35,027 nucleotides of DNA from a virus (lineage: Duplodnaviria > Caudoviricetes): IMG/VR virus record IMGVR_UViG_3300016472_000211, positions 1 to 35,027 of that record, one strand, 5' to 3'. The notes under the pieces were generated by a model that had not been told where the DNA came from, made no database searches, and saw nothing but the letters and a program-made list of their open reading frames with translations. The translations under genes were made by a program, and so were the position numbers. How positions within the stretch are numbered: position 1 is the first letter of the stretch; every line of letters begins with the position of its first letter. Positions 1 to 6,726 of this stretch are shown piece by piece.

Positions 1-13
1 CGACCTCGCTCAT
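1..13 (-). CDS. 5' end (M-S-E-V-) of a gene that leaves the window; probably continues at 35027 if the molecule is circular
   Basis: ATG at 13 overlaps the TGA of the 10..786 gene (ATGA) and has AGGAG just upstream. Joined to the other window end it is in frame with ORF 34483..35019. Confidence 0.6.
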
Positions 14-786
14 GTGGTGCTCCTCATGTCCTCACCTGTGATTGCCTGGAGTCTGCCCGCCTGGGCCAGTCGCGAGCGCACGCGGTCGCCGAGGTACGCC
101 CACAGCTGCTGCTCGCTGAGATTCGCGGTGCAGATGATGCGCCCGCCCAGCTCGCACCGACGCCCGATGAGCGACTCGGCCAGGTCGGACGCGAACGGCG
201 TGATCATCCCCTTGACCTCGTCGACGACGAGCAGGTCTGCGCGCAGCAGGGGCTCGACTATCGGCCGCAACGGTCGGTCATCGCGCAGCTGGTCGCGCAG
301 GCTCGAGAGCAGGTCAGGCCACGCTACCCATTGCACGGTCATTCCGAGGTCGAGGCAGAACAGTGCTGTCGCGCACGCGAGCCAGCTCTTGCCCCGCCCC
401 GGTGCGCCGTACCAGACCCGCGCCAGCTGATCGCCTGACCGGATGACCTGCGCCAGCTGTTCGACCTGGCCAAGCGTGCGCTCTCCTCGCCAGGAGGGCC
501 TGACCTGGTGCGCCCACACCGGAAGACGTGCCGCGTTGAGCCGTCGGACACGGCGCAGGACTGGCCCGCAGTGGCTGCACTCGCGTGACCGCTCATAGCC
601 GTCCGCGTCGACCTCGAACCGGAACCCGGATCGGCATCGGTCGGGACAATCGCCCTCCACTCTCAGGCCTGCGTGACCTCGATCGGTGATGACCTCGGAC
701 ACGACCATCGGCCGCATCTCTCGCGCCACTGGTCGCCCCAGGGCGAACGCCTCTGCCAGAGACGTCCAGTCGACTGCGTCCGTCAT
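10..786 (-). CDS. DnaC/IstB-like AAA+ helicase loader
   Basis: Walker A GAPGRGKS, Walker B LLVVDE, sensor T-A-N-L and arginine-finger-like RVRSRL. N-terminal Cys cluster (CPDRC...CSHC). Lies directly downstream of a phage replication initiator. Confidence 0.88.
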   Translation of the reverse strand: MTDAVDWTSLAEAFALGRPVAREMRPMVVSEVITDRGHAGLRVEGDCPDRCRSGFRFEVDADGYERSRECSHCGPVLRRVRRLNAARLPVWAHQVRPSWRGERTLGQVEQLAQVIRSGDQLARVWYGAPGRGKSWLACATALFCLDLGMTVQWVAWPDLLSSLRDQLRDDRPLRPIVEPLLRADLLVVDEVKGMITPFASDLAESLIGRRCELGGRIICTANLSEQQLWAYLGDRVRSRLAQAGRLQAITGEDMRSTT

Positions 787-1637
787 AGTAGTCCCTCCGT
801 CACGACCCGTGGGGACGCCACGGGCTCTCCGCTCTGGTATGCCGCGCTCGGCTGGCGCTCGACTCGCCGCACTCGCTGCTCGGGCTCGCCCGCTGCTACT
901 GCGGCCACGACTGGACGCAGGTACGCGATGGTCAGGTCACCCTGGCACCGCTCCGACGCGCGCCGGATGGCCTCGGTCATCGCCTCATGGCCATGAGCCG
1001 TCACCATCGTCGCGAGACTTTGCACCGTGGCCGGGGATACCTGCATCGCCTGTCGCCCGCTCTGCGTGCGGCGGAATGCCTCGACCACAGCAGCGAGCCC
1101 GTCAGGCGGCGGCGGGGGCTGAAGCGGCGCAGGCTCAGCGCGCGCGCGCGACGTAGTACCGTCCACCTCTACTAGGACACTGTCCTGTATGTCCTGTCCT
1201 GTATGTCCTGTCCTGTCAGGCGTTACGTTGCGTTGTTCGCCGTTACGTAACGTTACGTCGCCGTTACGTAACGGTGCGTAACCGTTACGCACGGGTTCGT
1301 TCGCGGCGTCTCTGGCCTGTCGATTGCGCTCGCGGAACGCTCGCTGGCGCTCCGAGTTGCTCGGGTCGGGCTGGTGCTCTGACCATCGCGGGGTCGTCCA
1401 TCCCCCATCGCACTCGACGAGCATCCCGACGGCGCGCAGTCCGCTAATCGACCTCGCGACCGTGGACTCGTCCATCTGCCACAGGTCCGAGATGACCACC
1501 GGGTCCAGATCGTCATCCGTCGCGATGCCGTTCCCACGCTTCAACGCGCAGAGCACCGCAGGCCACACGGACACAGCCCGCGCACGCCTGAGCCGGCCGT
1601 CGGCATGGCAGTCCGTATCCAGCCGCACCCAGGTCAT
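783..1637 (-). CDS. Phage replication initiator (replisome organiser / lambda O-like)
   Basis: N-terminus W-V-R-L-D with an HTH-like region, basic segment NSERQRAFRER, repeat-encoded linker, helical C-terminal domain. Lies between an HTH gene and a DnaC-like gene. Confidence 0.75.
   Translation of the reverse strand: MTWVRLDTDCHADGRLRRARAVSVWPAVLCALKRGNGIATDDDLDPVVISDLWQMDESTVARSISGLRAVGMLVECDGGWTTPRWSEHQPDPSNSERQRAFRERNRQARDAANEPVRNGYAPLRNGDVTLRNGEQRNVTPDRTGHTGQDIQDSVLVEVDGTTSRARAEPAPLQPPPPPDGLAAVVEAFRRTQSGRQAMQVSPATVQSLATMVTAHGHEAMTEAIRRASERCQGDLTIAYLRPVVAAVAAGEPEQRVRRVERQPSAAYQSGEPVASPRVVTEGLL
1181..1290. repeat. Probable replication-origin iterons inside the initiator gene
   Basis: TGTCCTGTATGTCC x2 (1181-1208) plus further TGTCC units. 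CGTTACG occurs five times. TCGCCGTTACGTAACG at 1237-1252 and 1258-1273 (21-bp period) contains the palindrome CGTTACGTAACG. Confidence 0.65.
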
Positions 1638-1840
1638 GGCCGACGCTCCAGCATCGCGATCAGCTCGTGGACGTCCAGCTCGAGGACCTCGGCGAGCCGA
1701 GGCACGTGCCGGGCCGCAGGGAGTACCTTGCCGCGCTGCCAGTTACTGACCGCTGCGACGCTGACGCCGATGTCCTGAGCCAGGTGCCCGATGGTGATGC
1801 CACGGGCCATGCAGATGTATCTGATGTGTTCCTTGAGCAT
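1634..1840 (-). CDS. XRE/Cro-CI family HTH regulator
   Basis: 68 aa with pattern GITIGHLAQDIGVSVAAVSNWQRGKVLP...LAEVL. Confidence 0.9.
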   Translation of the reverse strand: MLKEHIRYICMARGITIGHLAQDIGVSVAAVSNWQRGKVLPAARHVPRLAEVLELDVHELIAMLERRP

Positions 1841-1846
1841 AGGCCA

Positions 1847-1874
1847 ATCCTAGCGGTTGCGGCATATCCGTCAA
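1847..1874 (-). promoter_or_regulatory. Sigma70-type promoter for the leftward operon, probably producing leaderless mRNA
   Basis: TTGACG (1874-1869), 16 nt, TAGGAT (1852-1847). The ATG at 1840 is 7 nt downstream of the -10 and has no RBS. Confidence 0.7.
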
Positions 1875-1877
1875 GAT

Positions 1878-1928
1878 GAAAAAAAAGTAAAAAATAGTAT
1901 AGACATCGAGCCAGCGCTGTGCCACTAT
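1878..1928 (+). promoter_or_regulatory. Sigma70-type rightward promoter with A-tract UP element
   Basis: A-rich tract, TAGACA (1900-1905), 17 nt, CACTAT (1923-1928). Followed by hairpin CAGCGACGC/GCGCCGCTG. A related copy lies at 3125-3183. Confidence 0.6.
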
Positions 1929-1978
1929 CCACTCATCAGCGACGCAATTCCGCGCCGCTGAAACCCGGAGGAAGTAGG

Positions 1979-2143
1979 ATGAACTACGCACACCCCAGCA
2001 CCATGACCATCGCCCAGATTGAGCGCAGCATCAAACGCGCAACGTCGGCCGCGAAGATGGCCGCGCTGGACGGCCGATACTCTGACCAGACCCGCCACCT
2101 GCGCCGCATCTACCGTCTGGAGTGCGAGCTGGAGCGCCGCTAA
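1979..2143 (+). CDS. Small basic hypothetical protein (54 aa)
   Basis: ATG at 1979 with GGAGG at 1967-1971; first gene after the rightward promoter. Confidence 0.7.
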   Translation: MNYAHPSTMTIAQIERSIKRATSAAKMAALDGRYSDQTRHLRRIYRLECELERR

Positions 2144-2196
2144 CCCACTGACGAGGCCCCGGCGGGGGCCGAAACGCCGAGAGGCGTCTGGGACGC
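2144..2196 (+). ncRNA. Hammerhead ribozyme, type I (HHR1)
   Basis: Stem I CCCA(2144-47)/UGGG(2189-92); core CUGACGA(2148-54); stem II GGCCCC-GGCG-GGGGCC; GAAA(2171-74); stem III CGCC-GAGA-GGCG. Cleavage triplet GUC, cut after C2188. Confidence 0.9.
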
Positions 2197-2220
2197 ATGT
2201 TGCGCCACAATGGAGGACGA

Positions 2221-3126
2221 ATGGAACGAAAAGACTACATCGGCGGAACGGACGTGTCGGCGATCCTCGGTCTCAATAGCTACTCGACCATCGGCGAGGT
2301 CTGGCGCAGGAAGCGCGGCCTCGATGGCGAGGTCGAGGCCAACGAGCGCATGCGATGGGGCCTGCTGCTGGAGCCGGTCATCCTCGCCGAAACAGAGGCC
2401 CGCCTCGGCGTCGTCGGAGAACGGCCTGGGCTGATCCAGCATCCGTTCATCGAGCATCTGGCCGGCACGCCCGACCTGGTGTACCAGCGCGACGGTGAGT
2501 GCGTGGTCGTCGACGCGAAATGGAGCAAGGTGCGCGGCCTGGCCGCCGACGGCACCATCGCCGACGTCGACAATGGGAGCGTGCCCGGGTCGTGGTGGTG
2601 CCAGCTGCATCATTACGCCTGGCTGGTCGAGGAGACTCGCGGAGTGCCCTGCCGCCTCGGCCAGATTGCGGCGCTGACGCCCGATGGGCTGCGTATCATC
2701 GACGTGCCGATCGACATCGCCTGGTATCGGGAGTCTGTCTTGCCGCGACTGGATGCGTTCTGGGCCTCGGTGCAGGACGGCATCGAGCCCAGCCTGCCCG
2801 AGCCGGTCAAGGTTACGCCGCCGCCAGCGCTCGACGGCATCGACGACGCCGTCGCCGACTACCTGGCCGCGTCGGCTGCGATTGACGAGGCCGAGCAGAT
2901 GAAAGCCTCGGCTAAAGCCCGCATCGAGGAGGCCATAGCTGCCGCTGGTCATCCGGGCAAGTCGACTGCAGGAGGAGCGACCATCAGCTACATCGTCACC
3001 AAGGGCCGCGTCAGCCTCGACAGCAAGCGCCTGGAGGCCGACAACCCCGAGCTGTTCGCGTCGTACAGCAAGGTCGGGGCCTCGTTCTCGTCGATTCGCG
3101 TATTCGCCAAAGCTGAAAAAAGATGA
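2221..3126 (+). CDS. YqaJ-family (lambda exonuclease-like) recombination nuclease
   Basis: Motifs IGGTDVSAILGLNSY, WG..LEP.I, GTPD, DAK (E/D-x-K), QLHHY. GGAGG at 2212-2216. Confidence 0.9.
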   Translation: MERKDYIGGTDVSAILGLNSYSTIGEVWRRKRGLDGEVEANERMRWGLLLEPVILAETEARLGVVGERPGLIQHPFIEHLAGTPDLVYQRDGECVVVDAKWSKVRGLAADGTIADVDNGSVPGSWWCQLHHYAWLVEETRGVPCRLGQIAALTPDGLRIIDVPIDIAWYRESVLPRLDAFWASVQDGIEPSLPEPVKVTPPPALDGIDDAVADYLAASAAIDEAEQMKASAKARIEEAIAAAGHPGKSTAGGATISYIVTKGRVSLDSKRLEADNPELFASYSKVGASFSSIRVFAKAEKR

Positions 3127-3164
3127 AAAACGATATAGACTTCGGCGATGAGTGGTAGCACTAC
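3125..3164 (+). promoter_or_regulatory. Second copy of the rightward promoter
   Basis: A-tract, TAGACT (3136-3141), 17 nt, CACTAC (3159-3164). Shares TATAGAC.TCG and CACTA.CCAC.CA...GC.ACGCAAT with the 1891-1948 region. Confidence 0.55.
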
Positions 3165-3196
3165 CCACCCACGGCAACGCAATATCTCGGTCCTGA

Positions 3197-3249
3197 CCCA
3201 CTGATGAGTGCCCGGCAGGGGACGAAACACCGACAGGTGTATGGGATGC
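3197..3249 (+). ncRNA. Hammerhead ribozyme, type I (HHR2)
   Basis: Stem I CCCA(3197-3200)/UGGG(3242-45); core CUGAUGA(3201-07); stem II GUGCCC-GGCA-GGGGAC with one G.G mismatch; GAAA(3224-27); stem III CACC-GACA-GGUG. Triplet GUA, cut after A3241. Confidence 0.88.
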
Positions 3250-3283
3250 ACGGCGCATGGTGCGCCACACCACAGGAGGATAG

Positions 3284-4255
3284 ATGAGTAATGATTTGAC
3301 GCTGGTCCGCCGGACCATCAGCGACCTCAGCAGCGATTTCCAGGGCTCGGCACTGTTGCCGAAGCACTTGCGCAACCCGGCAGACATGGCACTGGTCATG
3401 CACATGGGTGACGTTCTCGGCATCGATCCGCGACAGGCGATCTGGTCGATGCACGTCATCGACGGCAAACCGAACATGAGCGCCGACCTGATGGCGGCAG
3501 TCTGCTCGCGCTCTCCGCTGTGCGAGTACCTGATGCCGACCGTGATGACGCCGACGCGCGTGGAGTACGCCGCGAAGCGGCGCGGCTGGCCGGCAGAGGT
3601 ACGCATGTCGTTCACCATGGAGGACGCGCAGCGCGCCGGACTCGCGGGTCGGGATAACTGGCGGAAGTACCCGATGGCGATGCTGAAGGCCCGCTGTCTC
3701 GCCATGATTTGCCGAGCGACCTGGCCGGACCTGCTGGCTGGCGTCTACGATCCGGACGAGCTTGCGCCGGCGTCAGCGTCTGAGTCCCCGGTGCGCGTCG
3801 AGCCGAGCCGAGCCGAGCCGAGCCGACTGGAGCCGACTCGGGCCGACTCTGACCTGGTCATCGAGGTCGGATCAGGAGCGTCCATCAAGGCGCAGGTCGC
3901 CGCACAGAAGCCGAAGCGCCGCGTCACCCAGGCACCGACGCCTGAGCCTGTCGTGGTCGAGCCGGCTGTCGAGCCCGACCAGGCCATCGTGGTCGAGCCG
4001 GTTGTCGAGCCCGAGCCCGAGCCCGACTATCGCGCCGACGTGCGGTCCAGTCTGCGTCGCATCGGCGCGACCATGACCGACCTCCTGGCCTACGCCGAGA
4101 ACGCCCTGGGGCGCCCTGTGGGGCCTCCCGACACCTGGTCCGTAGCTCAGGCGCGGTTCATCGCTCAGAAGCTGTACAACGGCTGGGCAAGCGGCCTGGC
4201 CGCGTGGATTAGCCAGCCGCCGAGCGACATCGACGCCGACCAGCTCCCCGAGTAA
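3284..4255 (+). CDS. recT: RecT/Red-beta-like single-strand annealing protein
   Basis: LGIDPRQAIWSMHVIDGKPNMSA...FTMEDAQRAGL...NWRKYPMAMLKARC...WPDLLAGVYDPDE with a Pro/Glu-rich linker. Paired with the YqaJ-type nuclease; AGGAGG RBS. Confidence 0.82.
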   Translation: MSNDLTLVRRTISDLSSDFQGSALLPKHLRNPADMALVMHMGDVLGIDPRQAIWSMHVIDGKPNMSADLMAAVCSRSPLCEYLMPTVMTPTRVEYAAKRRGWPAEVRMSFTMEDAQRAGLAGRDNWRKYPMAMLKARCLAMICRATWPDLLAGVYDPDELAPASASESPVRVEPSRAEPSRLEPTRADSDLVIEVGSGASIKAQVAAQKPKRRVTQAPTPEPVVVEPAVEPDQAIVVEPVVEPEPEPDYRADVRSSLRRIGATMTDLLAYAENALGRPVGPPDTWSVAQARFIAQKLYNGWASGLAAWISQPPSDIDADQLPE

Positions 4256-4312
4256 CCCGCCCCTGCCCTCCCAGGGGTCGAGCCCGATCCGTCGGCGGGT
4301 AGTCCGACGTTG

Positions 4313-4355
4313 TGCCGCCACGGGATACGCCCGTTCGACTCGGGCAGCGGCATCA
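4313..4355 (+). ncRNA. tRNA-like minihelix (acceptor stem plus T arm; no D stem or anticodon arm)
   Basis: UGCCGCC(4313-19)/AGCGGCA(4346-52) pair at 6 of 7 positions. T arm GCCCG-UUCGACU-CGGGC (4329-4345). 9-nt linker ACGGGAUAC. Ends in UCA, immediately followed by GGAGG. Confidence 0.55.
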
Positions 4356-4365
4356 GGAGGTAGAG

Positions 4366-4599
4366 ATGTACGGTGAGCGCATCATGTGGGCGCTGGTCCT
4401 CTACGCCGCCGGGTTCGCCTCGGCGGTCATCGTCGGCGCGCGAAAAGGCGAACAGGTGTCTGCGGGAGTGGCCGACGTGCTCGACACCTGCGACGAGCTC
4501 GCCCGCGCCGACCGGGTGGACTGCAAGCGATGCGTGCTGGCCGTGCCGCCTGGAGACGACCTGCGGGTCGCGCGGATGCCGCGGGCAGTCACCCCGTGA
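4366..4599 (+). CDS. Hypothetical membrane-anchored protein
   Basis: ATG after GGAGG (4356-60); N-terminal hydrophobic stretch WALVLYAAGFASAVIVGA. Confidence 0.65.
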   Translation: MYGERIMWALVLYAAGFASAVIVGARKGEQVSAGVADVLDTCDELARADRVDCKRCVLAVPPGDDLRVARMPRAVTP

Positions 4600-4853
4600 C
4601 CCCCGGCACCCGAGTCATCATCCTCCGAGGCGCCCGCGTCCAGTTCCGCGCCCGCGTCGAGCGCATCTCATGGCCGGGCGGGGACATCATCATGCACGAC
4701 GTCTGCCAGCTCGACGGGCGTGTCGTCCTGACCACCGGGTTCATCGACCCGATGCCGCTCGTGTTGCGCGCCAAGGCGCGGCAGCACACCGTGATTAGCT
4801 ACGGCGGGTACGGCGGCGAGATGACCGCGGAGGCCGACGAATGGGACCACTAG
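4596..4853 (+). CDS. Hypothetical protein
   Basis: GTGA overlap with the previous stop; non-shadow amino-acid composition. Confidence 0.6.
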   Translation: MTPGTRVIILRGARVQFRARVERISWPGGDIIMHDVCQLDGRVVLTTGFIDPMPLVLRAKARQHTVISYGGYGGEMTAEADEWDH

Positions 4854-4867
4854 GAATGGAGCATGCG

Positions 4868-5287
4868 ATGAAGACGAAACCGACCGACATGGACCACGAG
4901 GCCGCGCGGCTGTTCCGCGTAGAGGCCCGCATGCGGGCCTTCACTGAGTTCGCCCGGGGGACGGTGATATGCCTCGACTCGATGAGCGACGGAACCGGAT
5001 GTGTGACACTCGTAGGGGAGGGTACATACGAGGCTTTGGGACGGCCGGTCGCCATCGACACCGACGACCCCTCCACGGTCGGGTGCATGCTCGCGCAGGT
5101 CGAGCAGTCGCGGCCCGGGTTCGCGGTGAGCATCATCGACCGACTGGCGACGCTGCCGGACGAGCCAGACCGCAGGTTCGCTGTGCTCTCGGCGAACAAG
5201 CCGGGAGTGCAGGAGATGGTCACCGGCCCGACCCGCGGCGCCGCCCTGGTCGCAGCCATGAAGGCGCTCAAGGGGGCGGCGGCGTGA
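4868..5287 (+). CDS. Hypothetical protein
   Basis: GGAG upstream; fits the tight operon packing. Confidence 0.65.
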   Translation: MKTKPTDMDHEAARLFRVEARMRAFTEFARGTVICLDSMSDGTGCVTLVGEGTYEALGRPVAIDTDDPSTVGCMLAQVEQSRPGFAVSIIDRLATLPDEPDRRFAVLSANKPGVQEMVTGPTRGAALVAAMKALKGAAA

Positions 5288-5345
5288 ACATCCTGCACGA
5301 CAAGCCGTCGCCGGACAACGACGAGCCGGAGGATGAGGGCGAGTG

Positions 5346-5564
5346 GTGAGCCCCGCCGAACTGGCCTACCGCTGCGGCCTTCTCGCGCTGTCGTTCATTG
5401 CGTGCGGCGCGTACCTGCCGGCGATGGCGAGTGCGGGCGCATCCGTGCGGACTGGCGGCGCCGTGGAGACATCGCCCTCGCCGCCGCTCAACTGGCCACC
5501 ATCGCAGCCGGGCGCGCGAATCCGCCGCCGCCCGGGATTGGAGTGGACGCTCAATGACGCCTGA
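5346..5564 (+). CDS. Hypothetical protein with N-terminal hydrophobic segment
   Basis: GTGA coupling to a 21-aa micro-ORF at 5284-5349; hydrophobic GLLALSFIACGAYL. Confidence 0.45.
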   Translation: MSPAELAYRCGLLALSFIACGAYLPAMASAGASVRTGGAVETSPSPPLNWPPSQPGARIRRRPGLEWTLNDA

Positions 5565-5793
5565 AGAGCACGTTTCCGAAGCCCTCCGCGCCCGCGTGCT
5601 CGCCGTCGCCGGCGGCGCCGACGTCCACTTTGAACGCCTGGAATTGCCGGGCATCATCGCGCCCCGGCTTCACTTCCGCGTGTGGGTCGGGCCGCTGGGG
5701 AATGGGGCGAGGGCGTTCAACGGGAGCACGCTGCCTGAGGCGGTGGACCGAGCCGTGTTCTGTCTGACGCCGGACGACCCGCTGCCCTGGTGA
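5554..5793 (+). CDS. Hypothetical protein; last gene of the + strand operon
   Basis: GGAG upstream. Its stop abuts the stop of the convergent gene (TGATCA, 5791-5796). Confidence 0.6.
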   Translation: MTPEEHVSEALRARVLAVAGGADVHFERLELPGIIAPRLHFRVWVGPLGNGARAFNGSTLPEAVDRAVFCLTPDDPLPW

Positions 5794-6120
5794 TCACCGC
5801 CCTCGGGCCACCATCGCCCGCTCGACCGCTTGGGCGAGGTCGCCGCCCGGCAGCATGCAAGCCGCCCCGTGCGGCCCGTCGCAGTCGTGCTCCGTCACGA
5901 TGACGCAGCTGACGCCGTAACCTCGGGCCACGCGCGCCACGTCGAGGCAGGAGACGGACGCCGCCTCGCCGATGGTCTCCGGGGTGACGATGCAGTCGCA
6001 TCGCTCGGCGCGCAGTTCCGCAAGACCCGCTGTGAGGTCGTCCACGCGATATGTGACCGCGCCGGGCATCGTCCGGGCGTCGAGGTCGGAGACGCAGCCG
6101 GCGATGATGCAGAGGCGCAT
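5794..6120 (-). CDS. Degenerate CheY-like receiver-domain protein
   Basis: Pattern MRLCII ... AGLAELRAERCDCIV ... VARVARGYGVSCVIVT ... DLAQAVERAM follows receiver secondary-structure order, but the acceptor Asp and conserved Lys-Pro are not evident. Confidence 0.5.
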   Translation of the reverse strand: MRLCIIAGCVSDLDARTMPGAVTYRVDDLTAGLAELRAERCDCIVTPETIGEAASVSCLDVARVARGYGVSCVIVTEHDCDGPHGAACMLPGGDLAQAVERAMVARGR

Positions 6121-6121
6121 G

Positions 6122-6421
6122 CTATTCCGTGGCGCGTGGGGCCTGCGCTCTTGCCCGGGAAAGGGCAAGTTCAATGCGCGCGTCGGCCTCGCCGCGGTCG
6201 AGCTTGTCGTCGCGGAGGCGGTCCACCCGGCCTTCCAACGTCTCGACTCGGCGCCGCGTCTCGACGTGCGCGTGATTGACTGAGTCGATGGCCTGCAGCA
6301 TCGGCGTCAGCCTGCGCCCGAGCATCGAATCGACGAGCCAGACGAACCCGCCCATCAGCGCGACCATGATGCCCACGAGGGCTCCGAGCGTGCGAACAAG
6401 CTCGCCGATGTCGACCATCAT
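6122..6421 (-). CDS. Single-TM plus coiled-coil protein (lysis-cassette-like)
   Basis: TM LGALVGIMVALMGGFVWLV followed by heptad VETLEGRVDRL; ATGA coupled. Confidence 0.65.
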   Translation of the reverse strand: MMVDIGELVRTLGALVGIMVALMGGFVWLVDSMLGRRLTPMLQAIDSVNHAHVETRRRVETLEGRVDRLRDDKLDRGEADARIELALSRARAQAPRATE

Positions 6422-6726
6422 CTCGCCCCCTCCACGACGCCCCAGGCGACCACCGCGCCCGCCGCAGCGCCGATGCCGAACCACACCAGCGGAGACCATT
6501 CGTCACGAAACTCTACGAGCAGGTCGCGCGTCACCGCGAGTTCGCGCTCGGCGTCTGCGAGTGCGTGCACGGCGTCGCGGTCCTGGTCGGCGTGCTCGTA
6601 GGGGTAGATGAGCCCGGCGACCGGCACGGGGCAGCCAGCCTGCGCCGGCACGGGCCACGGGTCGCCGGTCATGTGCGCCGGGCACGCGCCCCACACGGCA
6701 GCGGCGAGGACGGGAGCGAGCATCAC
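6418..6726 (-). CDS. Secreted or lipoprotein-like protein with C-terminal TM (spanin candidate)
   Basis: Signal-like MMLAPVLAAAVWGAC; C-terminal LVWFGIGAAAGAVVAWGVV. Confidence 0.55.
   Translation of the reverse strand: MMLAPVLAAAVWGACPAHMTGDPWPVPAQAGCPVPVAGLIYPYEHADQDRDAVHALADAERELAVTRDLLVEFRDEWSPLVWFGIGAAAGAVVAWGVVEGAR

Noticed and set aside
10-786. IS21 element (IstB)
   Set aside because: No IstA transposase or terminal inverted repeats; the context is phage initiator plus loader.
1925-1965. CUGAUGA on the minus strand at 1939-1933 as another hammerhead
   Set aside because: No GAAA, stem II or NUH in the right arrangement; better explained as the + strand leader hairpin.
4240-4310. HDV-like (theta-type) ribozyme next to the tRNA-like element
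   Set aside because: No upstream P1 partner could be found, so the nested double pseudoknot cannot be built.
4313-4355. Functional tRNA gene or attP core
   Set aside because: No D stem, anticodon arm or CCA. No integrase was seen, and the 5' acceptor strand is present locally, unlike a simple tRNA 3' att fragment.
5785-5800. Bidirectional terminator where the two transcription arms converge
   Set aside because: The stops are directly adjacent (TGATCA) with no hairpin or U-tract.
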